A DNA stretch of 64,000 nucleotides. It comes from Candidatus Heimdallarchaeum endolithica. GTDB lineage: Archaea; Asgardarchaeota; Heimdallarchaeia; Heimdallarchaeales; Heimdallarchaeaceae. The first letter of the stretch is position 1; each line of letters starts with the position of its first letter. The stretch spans positions 960,001 through 1,024,000 of the forward strand of contig CP084167.1 of the NCBI GenBank assembly GCA_021513715.1. The letters are read 5' to 3'. Below are positions 33,997-44,834 of this stretch, piece after piece. The translations under genes and the position numbers were made by a program. Under the pieces are notes generated by a model. The model was not told the origin of the DNA. It was given only the letters and a program-made list of their open reading frames with translations, and did not search any database.

Positions 33997-36084
33997 TTAA
34001 TAACAAATATTTGTAGAGCTAACTTTAGCATTAAAAAATTTTGAAAATAAATTAAATTTTATGATGAAAACTGACTTGTTTTCATATATAAGGGTAAAAT
34101 TGTTAAGATTTTTGTATAATAGAGGTTCATATTGGAAATTATATCTTTCCATCATCAATTTTGAAAAATTTTGCCATCCAGAGACGTAATAGTCAAAATT
34201 TACTGAAAGAAAAATATACTCTATTGAATAATTAATCAATAATTCATAACCGTTTGTAGGTTCTTCAATTAGTTTATATAAAATTTCTAAGGTTATATCC
34301 CTACCTCGAATTTCATCTTCAGATCCTGTAATAAATGGAAATGTAATACGTAAAGAACTAAGAACAGGAATCCATTGACCAGATGCATCATTTAATACAA
34401 TACTTCCTTTTTTAGTGTTTTCTTTTAAGAAGTATATTGCATTGAGGATATCATTGTTGTATGAAGGTCTTGTGTTAAAAAATTCATTATAATAGTACGG
34501 CGTTGAGAATATAACGATTAAACCAATTACCAATACTTTTCTTTTGACTTTTTTTATTTTTAAGATTTTTAGTTTTGGAAAAATATTTAGTATAATTCGA
34601 GTAAAAACTTCAATACAAATTGCTGAAAAGGGTGCAAATGTAAAAATCAATGTTAGAGGAATAATGCGTTCCATCTTAAATATAAGACTTGCAAAAGTGA
34701 GCTGTATTTTTATGAATTGGAACATCAATATTGTTGGAAAATAAAAAATTGCATTCCATAAAAATAAAATCTTAATGTAGGTTTTGTTTACCTCAATCTT
34801 ATATTTATTTAAGTACTTTTTATTTAAATAAAAATAAAAACCAATAATTCCTAAACAAAACGAAAGATATAAATTTTTAGTTAAAAAGGTAACAATAGTA
34901 AGAAATGAATTGCCATTAGGTTTCCAAGGAGAAACAATAGAATAATATTCTCCCATAAATAATGAAAAGTCTGGTTTTACTAACAAAATAAGAGATGGCT
35001 TAAATAAATATAATATAACTCCTGTGAAAAAAGAAATTACAATAATACACAATATTATGAAATACATTCTTTTGTTTCTTTTGTTGAAAAAACCTGAAGA
35101 TATTTTTTTTGAAAGATCTAGTTTTTGCAAAAATAAAGCTGCTATTAGTGATATAATTGGAATAAATGTATAGATATGAATAAAAAAAGAAAGAAATATG
35201 TCAAAAACAAGGAGAAAAAGGAATAAATTATCATTTTTTTCTTCTAAATAATTATCAAACAAAAAAACAACATTTAAGTTTAAAAAACCAAATAGTTCTG
35301 AGAAACCACCCCAATGAGTGAAATACCAAAAATGTGGAGTTAGAAATAATAATGAAAACAAACTTAATGTTTTAATTTTACTATTTTTAAATAGTTCATA
35401 AAAAGAATAAAAAGATAAGATTGTTATGAGGAAAATAAAACGCATGTATATGTTAAGAAATGTGCCTGCATTTATATCCATAAATAATTGACAAACAAGA
35501 TAAATATTTGCAGCGCTAAAATGAGATAATAAAGTATAACTCCGTAATTTTGTATTTATAAAGCCAGGTGCGATATAATTTGTTAAATATAAGTTAAAGC
35601 TTTTTTGTTCTGAGATAATTTTTATAAATAAAGAATGATATTTTGTATCTGATTCTGGTGGGAGTGGTAAGTATAGAGACAAAAATAAAACAGGAATTAC
35701 AATGAGTAAAACTAAAATTAAATCTACATAATTTCTTTCAAGATAAAGAGTTATTCTTTTTTTACAAGATATATATTTATTAAGATCAAAGGTTTTTGTA
35801 CCATTTCTATTTCTATTTCTTATAACCTGTAAAATAAGACATAAAATAAAAATTACCAAATACATACAAAAAATAACTTTTCCGTTAAATAAATCTAAAA
35901 CAATAAAAAAAACAATTTGAAAAACATTTACCACTTGACTTATATAAAATGAGAAAGTTAAAACAGCAGAAGTTGTCATATTTGGATATTTCTTTTTTTT
36001 AATTATTTTTGCTATTATATAACCAGGAATAAAAGAAATGACAATACAAAGGAAATATATTACTATAAAAGCTTTAACTTGCAT
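33997..36084 (-). CDS. Polytopic membrane protein, GT-C/STT3-like architecture
   Basis: Many TM segments; 'PPESDTKYH' after the N-terminal TMs; soluble C-terminus 'AIYFLKENT...VLND...YIF...LIYEN..VFI'. Confidence 0.6.
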   Translation of the reverse strand: MQVKAFIVIYFLCIVISFIPGYIIAKIIKKKKYPNMTTSAVLTFSFYISQVVNVFQIVFFIVLDLFNGKVIFCMYLVIFILCLILQVIRNRNRNGTKTFDLNKYISCKKRITLYLERNYVDLILVLLIVIPVLFLSLYLPLPPESDTKYHSLFIKIISEQKSFNLYLTNYIAPGFINTKLRSYTLLSHFSAANIYLVCQLFMDINAGTFLNIYMRFIFLITILSFYSFYELFKNSKIKTLSLFSLLFLTPHFWYFTHWGGFSELFGFLNLNVVFLFDNYLEEKNDNLFLFLLVFDIFLSFFIHIYTFIPIISLIAALFLQKLDLSKKISSGFFNKRNKRMYFIILCIIVISFFTGVILYLFKPSLILLVKPDFSLFMGEYYSIVSPWKPNGNSFLTIVTFLTKNLYLSFCLGIIGFYFYLNKKYLNKYKIEVNKTYIKILFLWNAIFYFPTILMFQFIKIQLTFASLIFKMERIIPLTLIFTFAPFSAICIEVFTRIILNIFPKLKILKIKKVKRKVLVIGLIVIFSTPYYYNEFFNTRPSYNNDILNAIYFLKENTKKGSIVLNDASGQWIPVLSSLRITFPFITGSEDEIRGRDITLEILYKLIEEPTNGYELLINYSIEYIFLSVNFDYYVSGWQNFSKLMMERYNFQYEPLLYKNLNNFTLIYENKSVFIIKFNLFSKFFNAKVSSTNICY

Positions 36085-36128
36085 AGACTACGTTCTACCT
36101 TTGGTTATAAATATTTTTTTTTATAAAT

Positions 36129-37346
36129 TAGTACTTCCGAATTATAGTAAAAGTTATGGGTTGAAAGCCCGACAATAATAGTATGAAACACTGTAACTTC
36201 AACCTATTAAAATCGGTCAAAAGTTTTTTAGAAAAACGCTTTCAACCCACAAGAGAAGATAGGAAAACAAGTATAAAAGTTTGTCACTGGATAAGAAAGA
36301 TGGATTTTCCGCACAAAGGACAGAGGAAAAGAGGGGAAACAAAAGAAGAAGTTAAGAAGACCGTCTTGGGAGCAGTGGTGGAACAAACATCTATTGAGCA
36401 GTCAGCTGAACAATTTTCGACTAAAGACGGGGATACAATACGTTATCACTTGAACAAATTGGATATAAATAGGATATCAGAGGTTTTCATCTCTTCATTT
36501 CAGAAGTGTGGGGAACTATTGAAAAGAAAGAAGAAAATAAAGAGTCCATTAATACTAGCAGTAGACACGATGGACATACGATATTATGGAAAAAGAAGAG
36601 ATGAGTATATTCATCAGTATAAAAATGAATGATTTTATCGATATATCACGGTTTCAACAGTCAAATCACCTTATGGTGCTCTTCCTTTAGGTGCATTTCC
36701 CGTGTCAACTTTTGATTCTAAAGAGGGACTATTAGAATCGCTCTTCAACAAGTTTAGTCTTAAAAACAGGAACATAAAGGTGTTGTATGCAGATAGAGGT
36801 TTTTATTCTGTTGAAGTAGTGAAACTACTACAAGCCTACACTATTCCTTTCGTCATTTGAGCGCGGAAAAATAAGAAGATTAGGTCATACCTGGAAACCT
36901 TTCCTAAAACAGGTAAAATAACTTCTGTTCCTTACACTATGAAAAGTGGACAAGGTGAAACTACGGAAGTTATGTTACATGCTTATTGGCTCCCAAAGCG
37001 GAAAGATTGGTTTGTGTGTATCAGTTGGCATATCTCTTCAGAGCAACAGATCTACGATTATTGTCATCGGTGGGGTATAGAGACGTCCTACCGTCTTCTC
37101 AAGAGCATTAGTGTTTCTACAACTACGAATAATGCCACCGTCAGGTTCTTGTATCTTTGTTTTTCTCTTCTCGTCCTCGCTTTATATGTCTGTTTTCGCT
37201 CTTCTGTTATTCCTCCTTTTTTCACCTCCCCGTCTAACAAACCGCTCTTGAAACGCTCAAGACCTGTTACGCTCTATTTCACCTTGAGGTGTTTACGCTC
37301 AAGTTTGTATGGAGGTGAGATAGTCTAAGTTATTGCGGAAGTACTA
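36129..37346 (+). mobile_element. ISH3-family (IS4-like) insertion sequence; transposase with two in-frame TGA
   Basis: TIR TAGTACTTCCG at both ends; ATAAAT at 36123-36128 and 37347-37352; ORF 36183-37328 with LAVDT, YADRGF, RWGIETSYR; TGA at 36630 and 36858. Confidence 0.87.
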
Positions 37347-37399
37347 ATAAATAAATAGTCTACCGAAGCTAGAATTTATGTGTGAATATACCAAAAAAC

Positions 37400-38400
37400 T
37401 GGTTATTAACTAATTCCACATAGTACACAGTAGGAACCTAACAAAGGGTACACGAGGATTATGACAAAATAATAAAAGATTCTCGTGACGCTGAAAGGTT
37501 AAGGAAAGGTGTTGTTAAATAAATTGATTAAAAGAAAAAATTAGTTGTATAGAAAGACAGTAAGAGAATATTGAGTGACGATAAGATTTGTGAGTTATTG
37601 GCTGCAAAGACATAAAAAAGAGCTAGGAGGACAGTGGAAAAGGGAAGAACAAAAGCAGAAGGCAAAAAGATGTAACAGAAAAGTAAGAGAAAAACAAAGA
37701 AGAAAATAGTAAAATTAAATATCATCTATTTAATAAAGCTATAGAGTGGGAGAAGAAAGTGAAAATATCATACATAATCACGCATACTGAAGATCCTTAA
37801 ACAAGAAGGAGAAGAAATAAAGAGAAAGAAAAAAAGTAGAGGAAAAAAAGATATGAAAATCAAAAACAGAATAATTTATTGTAGAGAAACTTTAAAGAAC
37901 CACTTTGCATAGAAGAGAAATATGAGAACAATGTCTTTACATGATAAATATTAGAGAAACTATACAACTCCAGTTCCATCCTCTATACAAAATTTTACAC
38001 TCAACCTATAACTATAAGGCGGATAATAGAAGTGTCAGAACAACTAGTAAATATAAATACTAACTTAACAAGATCTATTGGACAATAATACACATTTTTA
38101 TGTTGTTAAAGGAGGAACAAGTAGTTTTACCAGTTTATATAATGTCCAAGATACTAAATACATCTGTCATAGAGCTTATCACAATGAAACTTGCGAAAAA
38201 GTAGAGAGAGTATATTTTACCATTCTCCATAAAAGTAAAGCCTTTGGGAAATTAAACTCTGTCAAAACTTACTTTAAAAAATTTAAAAACTTCTTTACGC
38301 TTTATAAAGATAACCTATAACTAAAGTGATAAAACTATTTGGTTACTCTTATTCAACACTCTCTCTATCTTACTATCACCTCAAAAGTGTGTTTAATTTC
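37400..38400 (+). mobile_element. Decayed IS481-like remnant
   Basis: Fragment DNNTHFYVVKGGTSSF...RAYHNETCEKVER parallels the 41.3-42.3 kb element (TFYSVRGGTSTF...FHPETCGKV-ER). Confidence 0.65.
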
Positions 38401-38620
38401 TTCTGTTCTTCTTGACTCTTTGATTTATTTTATTTATCGTCGTCCATTCTATTCTTTAAATTAGTAATCACTACTTTGAATATTGTAATAGTGGTAAACA
38501 TGTTTTTATTTAGGTCATCAAGTTTTCTCTTCTTGCTCTCGATTGTCCATCACTACTGTCTTTCATTTTATAAGTCCTCTAACTTGTAGTTATTATCAAC
38601 ATCCAATTCAAAACTCTATA
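38400..38620 (+). mobile_element. 3' fragment of a second IS5-like copy
   Basis: EYCNSGKHVF..IKFSL resembles EYRSSVKHVFGL.KLSL of the 30.9-31.9 kb element; DNA similarity visible by eye. Confidence 0.5.
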
Positions 38621-38646
38621 TAATGAGAAAGAACTACTGGATAAAC

Positions 38647-39333
38647 TTAACAATATTTTATTATTGTTTTTAAAATTTTATATCCATCTTTAAAAGGATT
38701 AAGCTTTGAGTAGCCATTACGACATTTATAACTAACAGGAACTTCTCCAAATTTAAGACCTTTTTTAGCCCCTTTGATGATCATTTCAGTTTCAATATCA
38801 AAACCTGAAGATTCTAGACAGTTTGAATATATAATTGTTGCTTTTTTAGATAATAGTCGAAGACCAGATTGTGAATCTGTAATTTTTACTTTAGTTATTA
38901 ATCTAATTAAGAAAGAAAATAAATAATTACCAATTATGTTTACAAATTTAATAGAGTTTTTTTCTCTATTTGGTAATCTGTTACCTATTATTACATCAAG
39001 TTTTTTCTCTTCTAACATTTTGTTAAGTAAAAGTTTTATGTCATTAGGGTCATATGTACTATCTCCATCCAAATATGCGATATAATCAATATTTGGCTTT
39101 TCTAGTACATATTTTAAACCTTTTATAATGGCATTACCTTTCCCTTTTTTCTTGCAATAAACCACTTCTGCTCCTTCTTTTTTAGCAATATCCACTGTAT
39201 CATCAACCGATAAACCATCAACAACTATTATATTGTTGGTCAATTTTTTACATGAATTAATTATATAACCTATAGAATCTTCTTCATTAAGAGTTGGAAT
39301 TATTATAAGTAGATTGTCATATTTTTCAATCAT
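38647..39333 (-). CDS. Dpm1-like polyprenol-phosphate glycosyltransferase (GT2)
   Basis: IPTLNEE, VDGLS.D.T, GKG, LDGDSTY, TDSQSGLR, F.IETEM, SKL.PFKDG. Confidence 0.9.
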   Translation of the reverse strand: MIEKYDNLLIIIPTLNEEDSIGYIINSCKKLTNNIIVVDGLSVDDTVDIAKKEGAEVVYCKKKGKGNAIIKGLKYVLEKPNIDYIAYLDGDSTYDPNDIKLLLNKMLEEKKLDVIIGNRLPNREKNSIKFVNIIGNYLFSFLIRLITKVKITDSQSGLRLLSKKATIIYSNCLESSGFDIETEMIIKGAKKGLKFGEVPVSYKCRNGYSKLNPFKDGYKILKTIIKYC

Positions 39334-40142
39334 AAATTTCCCCCAGCAAATGATTATGTTTTTATTTTCTTTAATAAATTTATTTGTCTATATTTTATAT
39401 TAGGGTTTTTGTTATTCTATAATTAAATATAATATATTTAATCATCAATTTATAAAAAACTTTTTTGTGCCGATTTAGATTGATTAGTATTATTTCAAGA
39501 TTTTAACATCATAATTTATTAAAATTAATTTAAAATTTTCTCTTTTTACAACCAAAGAGAAAAAATAAGGACTAAAAAAATATGTTTAGCTAAGAAATAT
39601 CATAATGAATAAAATGAAATCAGATCTTATAATAAGTAATAATTCTGTCTAAAAAAATAGAGAACCAGAACCAAATAGAAACACTGCTTAAATGTCTTAT
39701 TCCTTTTCTAATTTAACCAAAGTTAAAATCAAATCAATATTATGTTCAGGTAAGAATTAGAAAATTACAATATCACATACTAAAAAGAAAAATTATTATC
39801 CTATAAATTTTGTAAAGAATAATATTTGCAAAAATTCAAATTGTTTTTTTTTAAAGAAATTAAAAATTAATATTTCTTCTAAAAACATAATCTGTGCGAA
39901 AATTAAATAATAAATGCAGAGTGTTAATTACAGTAAAATAAATTGTAAAAAAAGTTCAAACTGATTCCAAAAAGTTGTAAAAAAAATTCAAATATTAATT
40001 ATTTCTCTTTGCGTATAATAGCGAAAGTAGAATGTTCTTATATTTATTAAATTAGAATGAGAAATCCAATTTATTATTAAATATTATAGTCTTATATAAA
40101 TATAAACCTAATCTTTATAAAATTATTGTCAATCTTCTTTTT

Positions 40143-41273
40143 ATGGATAAAGTTGTAATAATTGGTCCTTCTTCAAAGTTCTTAAGTGGTATTACTTATT
40201 ACACTATTAATATAGCAAATTTGTTAAGGACTAACAAAAAAATTATTGTTTTTGAAATAGATCAATTATTACCAAGATTTTTATTTCCTGGTTCGAAAAG
40301 AGTAGGTAAAGTAAAAATAAATTCAACATATAAGAAAGAAGTCTCAATTAGTAAAATTAAAATAAAATATTATTCATTTCTTTCGATAATTAAAACAGCA
40401 AAAGCTATAAATTTAATAAAGCCAAAGGTAATTATCTTTCAATGGTGGTCATGTACTGTAGCACATATTTATTATCTTTTAATAAAATTTATTTCGAAAA
40501 AGATTAAAATTATCTTTGAGTTCCATGAAATTTTGGATGTAAGTGAAGCTTCTTTTTATCCACTAAAGGTATATTCTAATTTAATGCTTAAATTATTATT
40601 GAGAAATGTTACAGTATTTATTACTCATTCAATTTCAGACAAACAAAAAGTGATAAAGGCTTATAAAATAGATAGTGCAAAAATTCAAGTTGTTCCCCAT
40701 CTAACAACTACAACATATTCTTTAATAGACAAAAATGAAGCAAGAAATAGATTGAATTTACCTAATAATTCAATTGTTTTGGTTTATTTTGGATTAATTA
40801 GAAAATATAAAGGTGTAAATCTTTTAGTCAAAGCTTTTGATCAATTAGAAATAAGCAGTTTAGAAAAACCTTTATTAGTTGTTGCAGGAGAAATTTGGGA
40901 TCCTTTAGAAAAAAGGACATATGAAATAATAAACAAAAATGAAAATATTATTCTTATAGACAAATACTTAACCGATAAGGAAATAGAATCTTTAATTTCT
41001 GTTGCAGATTGTTTTATATTACCATATACTAGAGCTTCTCAAAGTGGAGTACTAAGTATAATACATAATACTGGAAAGCCTGTAATATTATCAAATATAA
41101 ATGAATTCAAGGAAGCTTCAAAGAATTATTTTAACTCTATTTTCTTCAAGAAAAATGATATTGCAAATCTAAAATCAAAAATAGAATTTTTTGTAAAAAA
41201 TCATAAAGATTTTAATACTAAACCAGATAATAATCATGAAATGGTTAAGGAACTATTTCTCTCTTTTATATAA
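40143..41273 (+). CDS. GT4 glycosyltransferase
   Basis: SGITYY, FGLIRKYKG, PY..ASQSGV. Confidence 0.9.
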   Translation: MDKVVIIGPSSKFLSGITYYTINIANLLRTNKKIIVFEIDQLLPRFLFPGSKRVGKVKINSTYKKEVSISKIKIKYYSFLSIIKTAKAINLIKPKVIIFQWWSCTVAHIYYLLIKFISKKIKIIFEFHEILDVSEASFYPLKVYSNLMLKLLLRNVTVFITHSISDKQKVIKAYKIDSAKIQVVPHLTTTTYSLIDKNEARNRLNLPNNSIVLVYFGLIRKYKGVNLLVKAFDQLEISSLEKPLLVVAGEIWDPLEKRTYEIINKNENIILIDKYLTDKEIESLISVADCFILPYTRASQSGVLSIIHNTGKPVILSNINEFKEASKNYFNSIFFKKNDIANLKSKIEFFVKNHKDFNTKPDNNHEMVKELFLSFI

Positions 41274-41308
41274 TTATGTATAAAAGGTTTATTCATTATT
41301 TCACTATA

Positions 41309-42331
41309 TGTTTACTCTACCCACGTTGGTAACAAATAAATAGAAAGTGGGTTACGAGGGTAAGTGACTAAACATGAATAAACCCAAACGTAACCTAGAG
41401 AGACTAAGAAAGATTGTGGTTAAAAAAGCTTTGGAAGGAGAGAAGATAAAAGAGGTAGCCCACAGGTTTATGGTGAGTAGAAAGTTTGTTTACAAGTGGT
41501 TGAAAAGGTTTGAGGAGAACCCTGAAGGAGAATGGTTAGTGAAAAGATAGATCATCTAGACCTAAAACTATACACAGGAAAGTAGATGAGGAGTTAAGAG
41601 AGAGGATAAGGGAGCTAAGAGTAAAGCAAGGAATGAACGTGGAGAAGATAGTTTATCTGTTAAAGAAAGAAGGGAGAGCATTATCACAAAACACAGTAGT
41701 TAAAGTAATAGGAGAGTTAGGTCTTCCTCTGTGGAGTAATAGAAAAAAGAGAAACATTACTCAATACAAAAGATTTGAGCGCTCATCTCCTAACGAACTC
41801 TGGCAGATAGATGTAAAAAGACCATTCTGGGTAGAAGAACAAGGACAACACCTTTATCTCATAACTCTGATAGACGACTAACCACTCACGATTCTGTCTG
41901 GGAGCTAAACTCCACCCTTTTGCACCAAAAAAAGAGCAGATAATAAGTTTGTTAGAAGAAGCAATAGAAAAATATGGACAACCAGAGTCTATCCTCACTG
42001 ACAAAGAAGCACGTTCTACTCCGTTAGAGGAGGAACAAGTACCTTCTCCCGTTGGTGTCAAACAGAAGGAATAAAACACATAAGAGCTAGAGTTTTTCAC
42101 CCCGAAACATGTGGAAAAGTTATGTAGAGAGACTACATGGAACCATCATCCGTGAGATGAGAAGACTAGGACTAACCTACTGTAACTCCGACCTCTCCTT
42201 CTACCGCTCATACTACAATTTTAGCCGCCCTCACCAGTCTCTTAACCTCCTTACCCCTGGAGAAAAATTTATGAATCACCCCTATGTTTCTCTAGTGCCC
42301 AAAAGTGTAACCCAGGTCTATTGAGTGAACA
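41309..42331 (+). mobile_element. IS481-family insertion sequence, frameshifted transposase
   Basis: TGT...ACA ends with imperfect ~26-bp TIR; ORF from ATG 41374 with HTH, PNELWQID, IDD-HSR, LTD, GKV-ER, YNFSRPHQSL broken by small indels. Confidence 0.85.
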
Positions 42332-42383
42332 GTTTAAAATACGTGCCATTAAATTTAAAAATTATACGAGTAATAATTCACTT

Positions 42384-43478
42384 ATGCTTTCAGAAGATGA
42401 AATATATCAAAAAATATATGAAAAACATCAAAAACTCTTAATAGACCCACATAATATTGATAATTACATTAATAAATTTCCAAAAGAAAAAAAAGACCTA
42501 TTTAACAAGTCGTATTTTCATCAAAAGAGGATTTTAATTACGGGTATTTCAGGATTTGTAGGAAGTACTTTAGTCGAAAAATTGTTATCAATTGATCAAG
42601 AAGTAGAAATTTATGGTATTGTAAGAAGGCAATCTAGTCCGACATACCCTAAAATAGATAAGTTTCTAAATAGAATTGTGATTAAAGAAGCTAATCTTTT
42701 TGATTACTCTTCATTAGAAACTACAATAAAAGAAGTCCAGCCGGATTATATATTTCATTTAGCTGCACAGTCTTTTGTACCATCCTCATTTAGGGGCCCA
42801 ATTGAAGTTGTACGCACAAATATTGAGGGTACTGTAAATCTTTTAGAAATAATAAGAAAATTAGATTTAGATATTGACTGCATTCATGTTGCAGGAAGTA
42901 GTGAAGAATATGGTTTAGTATTCCCTGACGAAATCCCTATTAAGGAATCTAATCCTTTTAGACCACAATCTCCATATGCTGCCAGTAAAATAGCTACTGA
43001 ACATTTTAGTCTTGCATATCATCGTATGTATGGAATTCCTATTGTTGTAACAAGAGGATTTAATCACACAGGCCCAAATAGAGGAGTCATGTTTGTAACT
43101 TCAGTAATTGCAAACCAAATTGCTAAGATCTTAAGAAAAGAAATTAAAGAAATAATTATTGGTAATCCCAATCCAATTAGAGATTTTACAGACATTAGAG
43201 ATATGATCCAAGGTTATTTATTGGCTATAACAGTTGGAAAAAAAGGTGATGTATACAATTTAGGTCATGGAATGGGTATTAGCATTAAGAACCTAATAGA
43301 ACTTACTGCCACCCTATACAATGTTAAATATACGATTAAGATAGATAGAACAAGGTTTAGACCAGCAGAAGTTCCTGTTTTATTATGTGACTATGCAAAA
43401 GCAAAAAATCATATTGGCTATTATCCTCAATATCCCATAACAGAAACAATGCAAAACTTAGTTAAATCATATTTATAA
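42384..43478 (+). CDS. GDP-mannose 4,6-dehydratase (Gmd/Rmd family)
   Basis: TGISGFVG, HLAAQSFV, GSSEEYG, SPYAASK, FNHTGP, RFRPAEV; start set at MLSEDE. Confidence 0.82.
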   Translation: MLSEDEIYQKIYEKHQKLLIDPHNIDNYINKFPKEKKDLFNKSYFHQKRILITGISGFVGSTLVEKLLSIDQEVEIYGIVRRQSSPTYPKIDKFLNRIVIKEANLFDYSSLETTIKEVQPDYIFHLAAQSFVPSSFRGPIEVVRTNIEGTVNLLEIIRKLDLDIDCIHVAGSSEEYGLVFPDEIPIKESNPFRPQSPYAASKIATEHFSLAYHRMYGIPIVVTRGFNHTGPNRGVMFVTSVIANQIAKILRKEIKEIIIGNPNPIRDFTDIRDMIQGYLLAITVGKKGDVYNLGHGMGISIKNLIELTATLYNVKYTIKIDRTRFRPAEVPVLLCDYAKAKNHIGYYPQYPITETMQNLVKSYL

Positions 43479-43487
43479 AAAGGAAAA

Positions 43488-44765
43488 ATGGTGAAAAAAG
43501 TGGATAAAAAAGAAGCTATGAAAAAAATCAAACCAATCATTCAAGAGTATTTCAATAGCAATGACTTTACAGAAAGCAGTAAAATAAAGTTGGTTGTTCC
43601 ATCATATGGAGAACATGAAGTACTAGAAGTAATCGATTCTTTATTATCTACTTATGTCACAATGGGAGAAAAAGTATATTCTTTTGAAGAACAATTTTCA
43701 AAATATATTGGGTGTAAATATGCAACAATGGTTAATTCTGGTTCTAGTGCAAATTTATTAGCATTACAAGCACTAGCAAATCCAACACTTGAAAATCCTA
43801 TCAAGCCAGGAGATGAAATAATTACAACTTCGTTAACATGGTCAACTTCTGTTTTTCCAATTTTTGATATAAATGCTATTCCAGTTTTTGTTGATGTTAA
43901 CAAAGATTCTTTAACAATAGATGTAAAACAACTTGAAACAGCATTAACTTCTAAAACAAAAGCTGTTCTTGCTGTTCATTTATTAGGACATCCGTGTCAA
44001 ATGGACGTTTTAGTAGATTTCTGTGAAAAAAATGATTTATATTTAATCGAAGACTGTTGTGAAGCACATGGAGCAGAATGGAATGGAAAAAAAGTTGGAA
44101 GTTTTGGTCATATAAGTACGTATAGTTTTTTCTTTTCTCATCATATTTCAACAATTGAAGGAGGAATTGTACTCACAAACATTGATGAAATAAATCAATT
44201 ATTAAAGTCATTAAGAGCTCACGGGTGGATTCGTGAAAGAAATGATAAGACTGAATTAGCTAGAAAGTATAATCACATCGACCCTAGATTTCTTTTTGTT
44301 AACAAAGGATATAATTTACGACCAACTGAAATACAAGGTGCATTTGGGATACATCAACTAAAGAAGCTAGAAACTTTTTTAAAAATTAGAGAAGAAAATG
44401 CTAAATTTTGGATTGATAATCTAGAAGAATATAGAAAATTTATCCATATTCCAAAAATAGAAGAAAATATTAGACATGCTTGGTTTGGATTCCCTATTAT
44501 TATTTCTGAAAAAGCTGGATTTAAACGAGAAAATTTCGTAAAACATCTTGAGAAAAACAATATTGAAACTCGTCCAATTATGGCGGGAAATATAATTGAA
44601 CAGCCAGCCATGAACTATTACAAATGGAAACAAATAGGACCATTAGAAAATTCTTCAAGAATAATGAAAAATGGTTTTTTCTTTGGAAATCATAGTGGTA
44701 TCAAACAAAAAGAAAGAGAATATATACTTAAAATAATACAATCTTTTCTAGATCACTACATATAA
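43488..44765 (+). CDS. ColD-like GDP-4-keto-6-deoxymannose 3-dehydratase (DegT fold)
   Basis: NSGSSANL, EDCCE, FFFSHHISTIEGG (His at the PLP-Lys site), LRAHGW, GYNLRP, ETRPI.AGN. Confidence 0.8.
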   Translation: MVKKVDKKEAMKKIKPIIQEYFNSNDFTESSKIKLVVPSYGEHEVLEVIDSLLSTYVTMGEKVYSFEEQFSKYIGCKYATMVNSGSSANLLALQALANPTLENPIKPGDEIITTSLTWSTSVFPIFDINAIPVFVDVNKDSLTIDVKQLETALTSKTKAVLAVHLLGHPCQMDVLVDFCEKNDLYLIEDCCEAHGAEWNGKKVGSFGHISTYSFFFSHHISTIEGGIVLTNIDEINQLLKSLRAHGWIRERNDKTELARKYNHIDPRFLFVNKGYNLRPTEIQGAFGIHQLKKLETFLKIREENAKFWIDNLEEYRKFIHIPKIEENIRHAWFGFPIIISEKAGFKRENFVKHLEKNNIETRPIMAGNIIEQPAMNYYKWKQIGPLENSSRIMKNGFFFGNHSGIKQKEREYILKIIQSFLDHYI

Positions 44766-44834
44766 TATTTTTTAATTCATATAATTTTTCATAAAAACAT
44801 TAACTATTTATATTTATTATACAGATAACCACCA

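Noticed and set aside
23845-36860. TGA recoded as Trp or selenocysteine
   Set aside because: TGA ends ordinary genes here (22013, 50511, 60023), TGG is used for Trp, and the interrupted positions look like Trp/Arg rather than Cys
39334-40142. 800-bp very AT-rich gap as a replication origin or ncRNA
   Set aside because: No ORB-like repeats, no adjacent orc1/cdc6, no stable stems; best explained as divergent promoters plus decayed DNA
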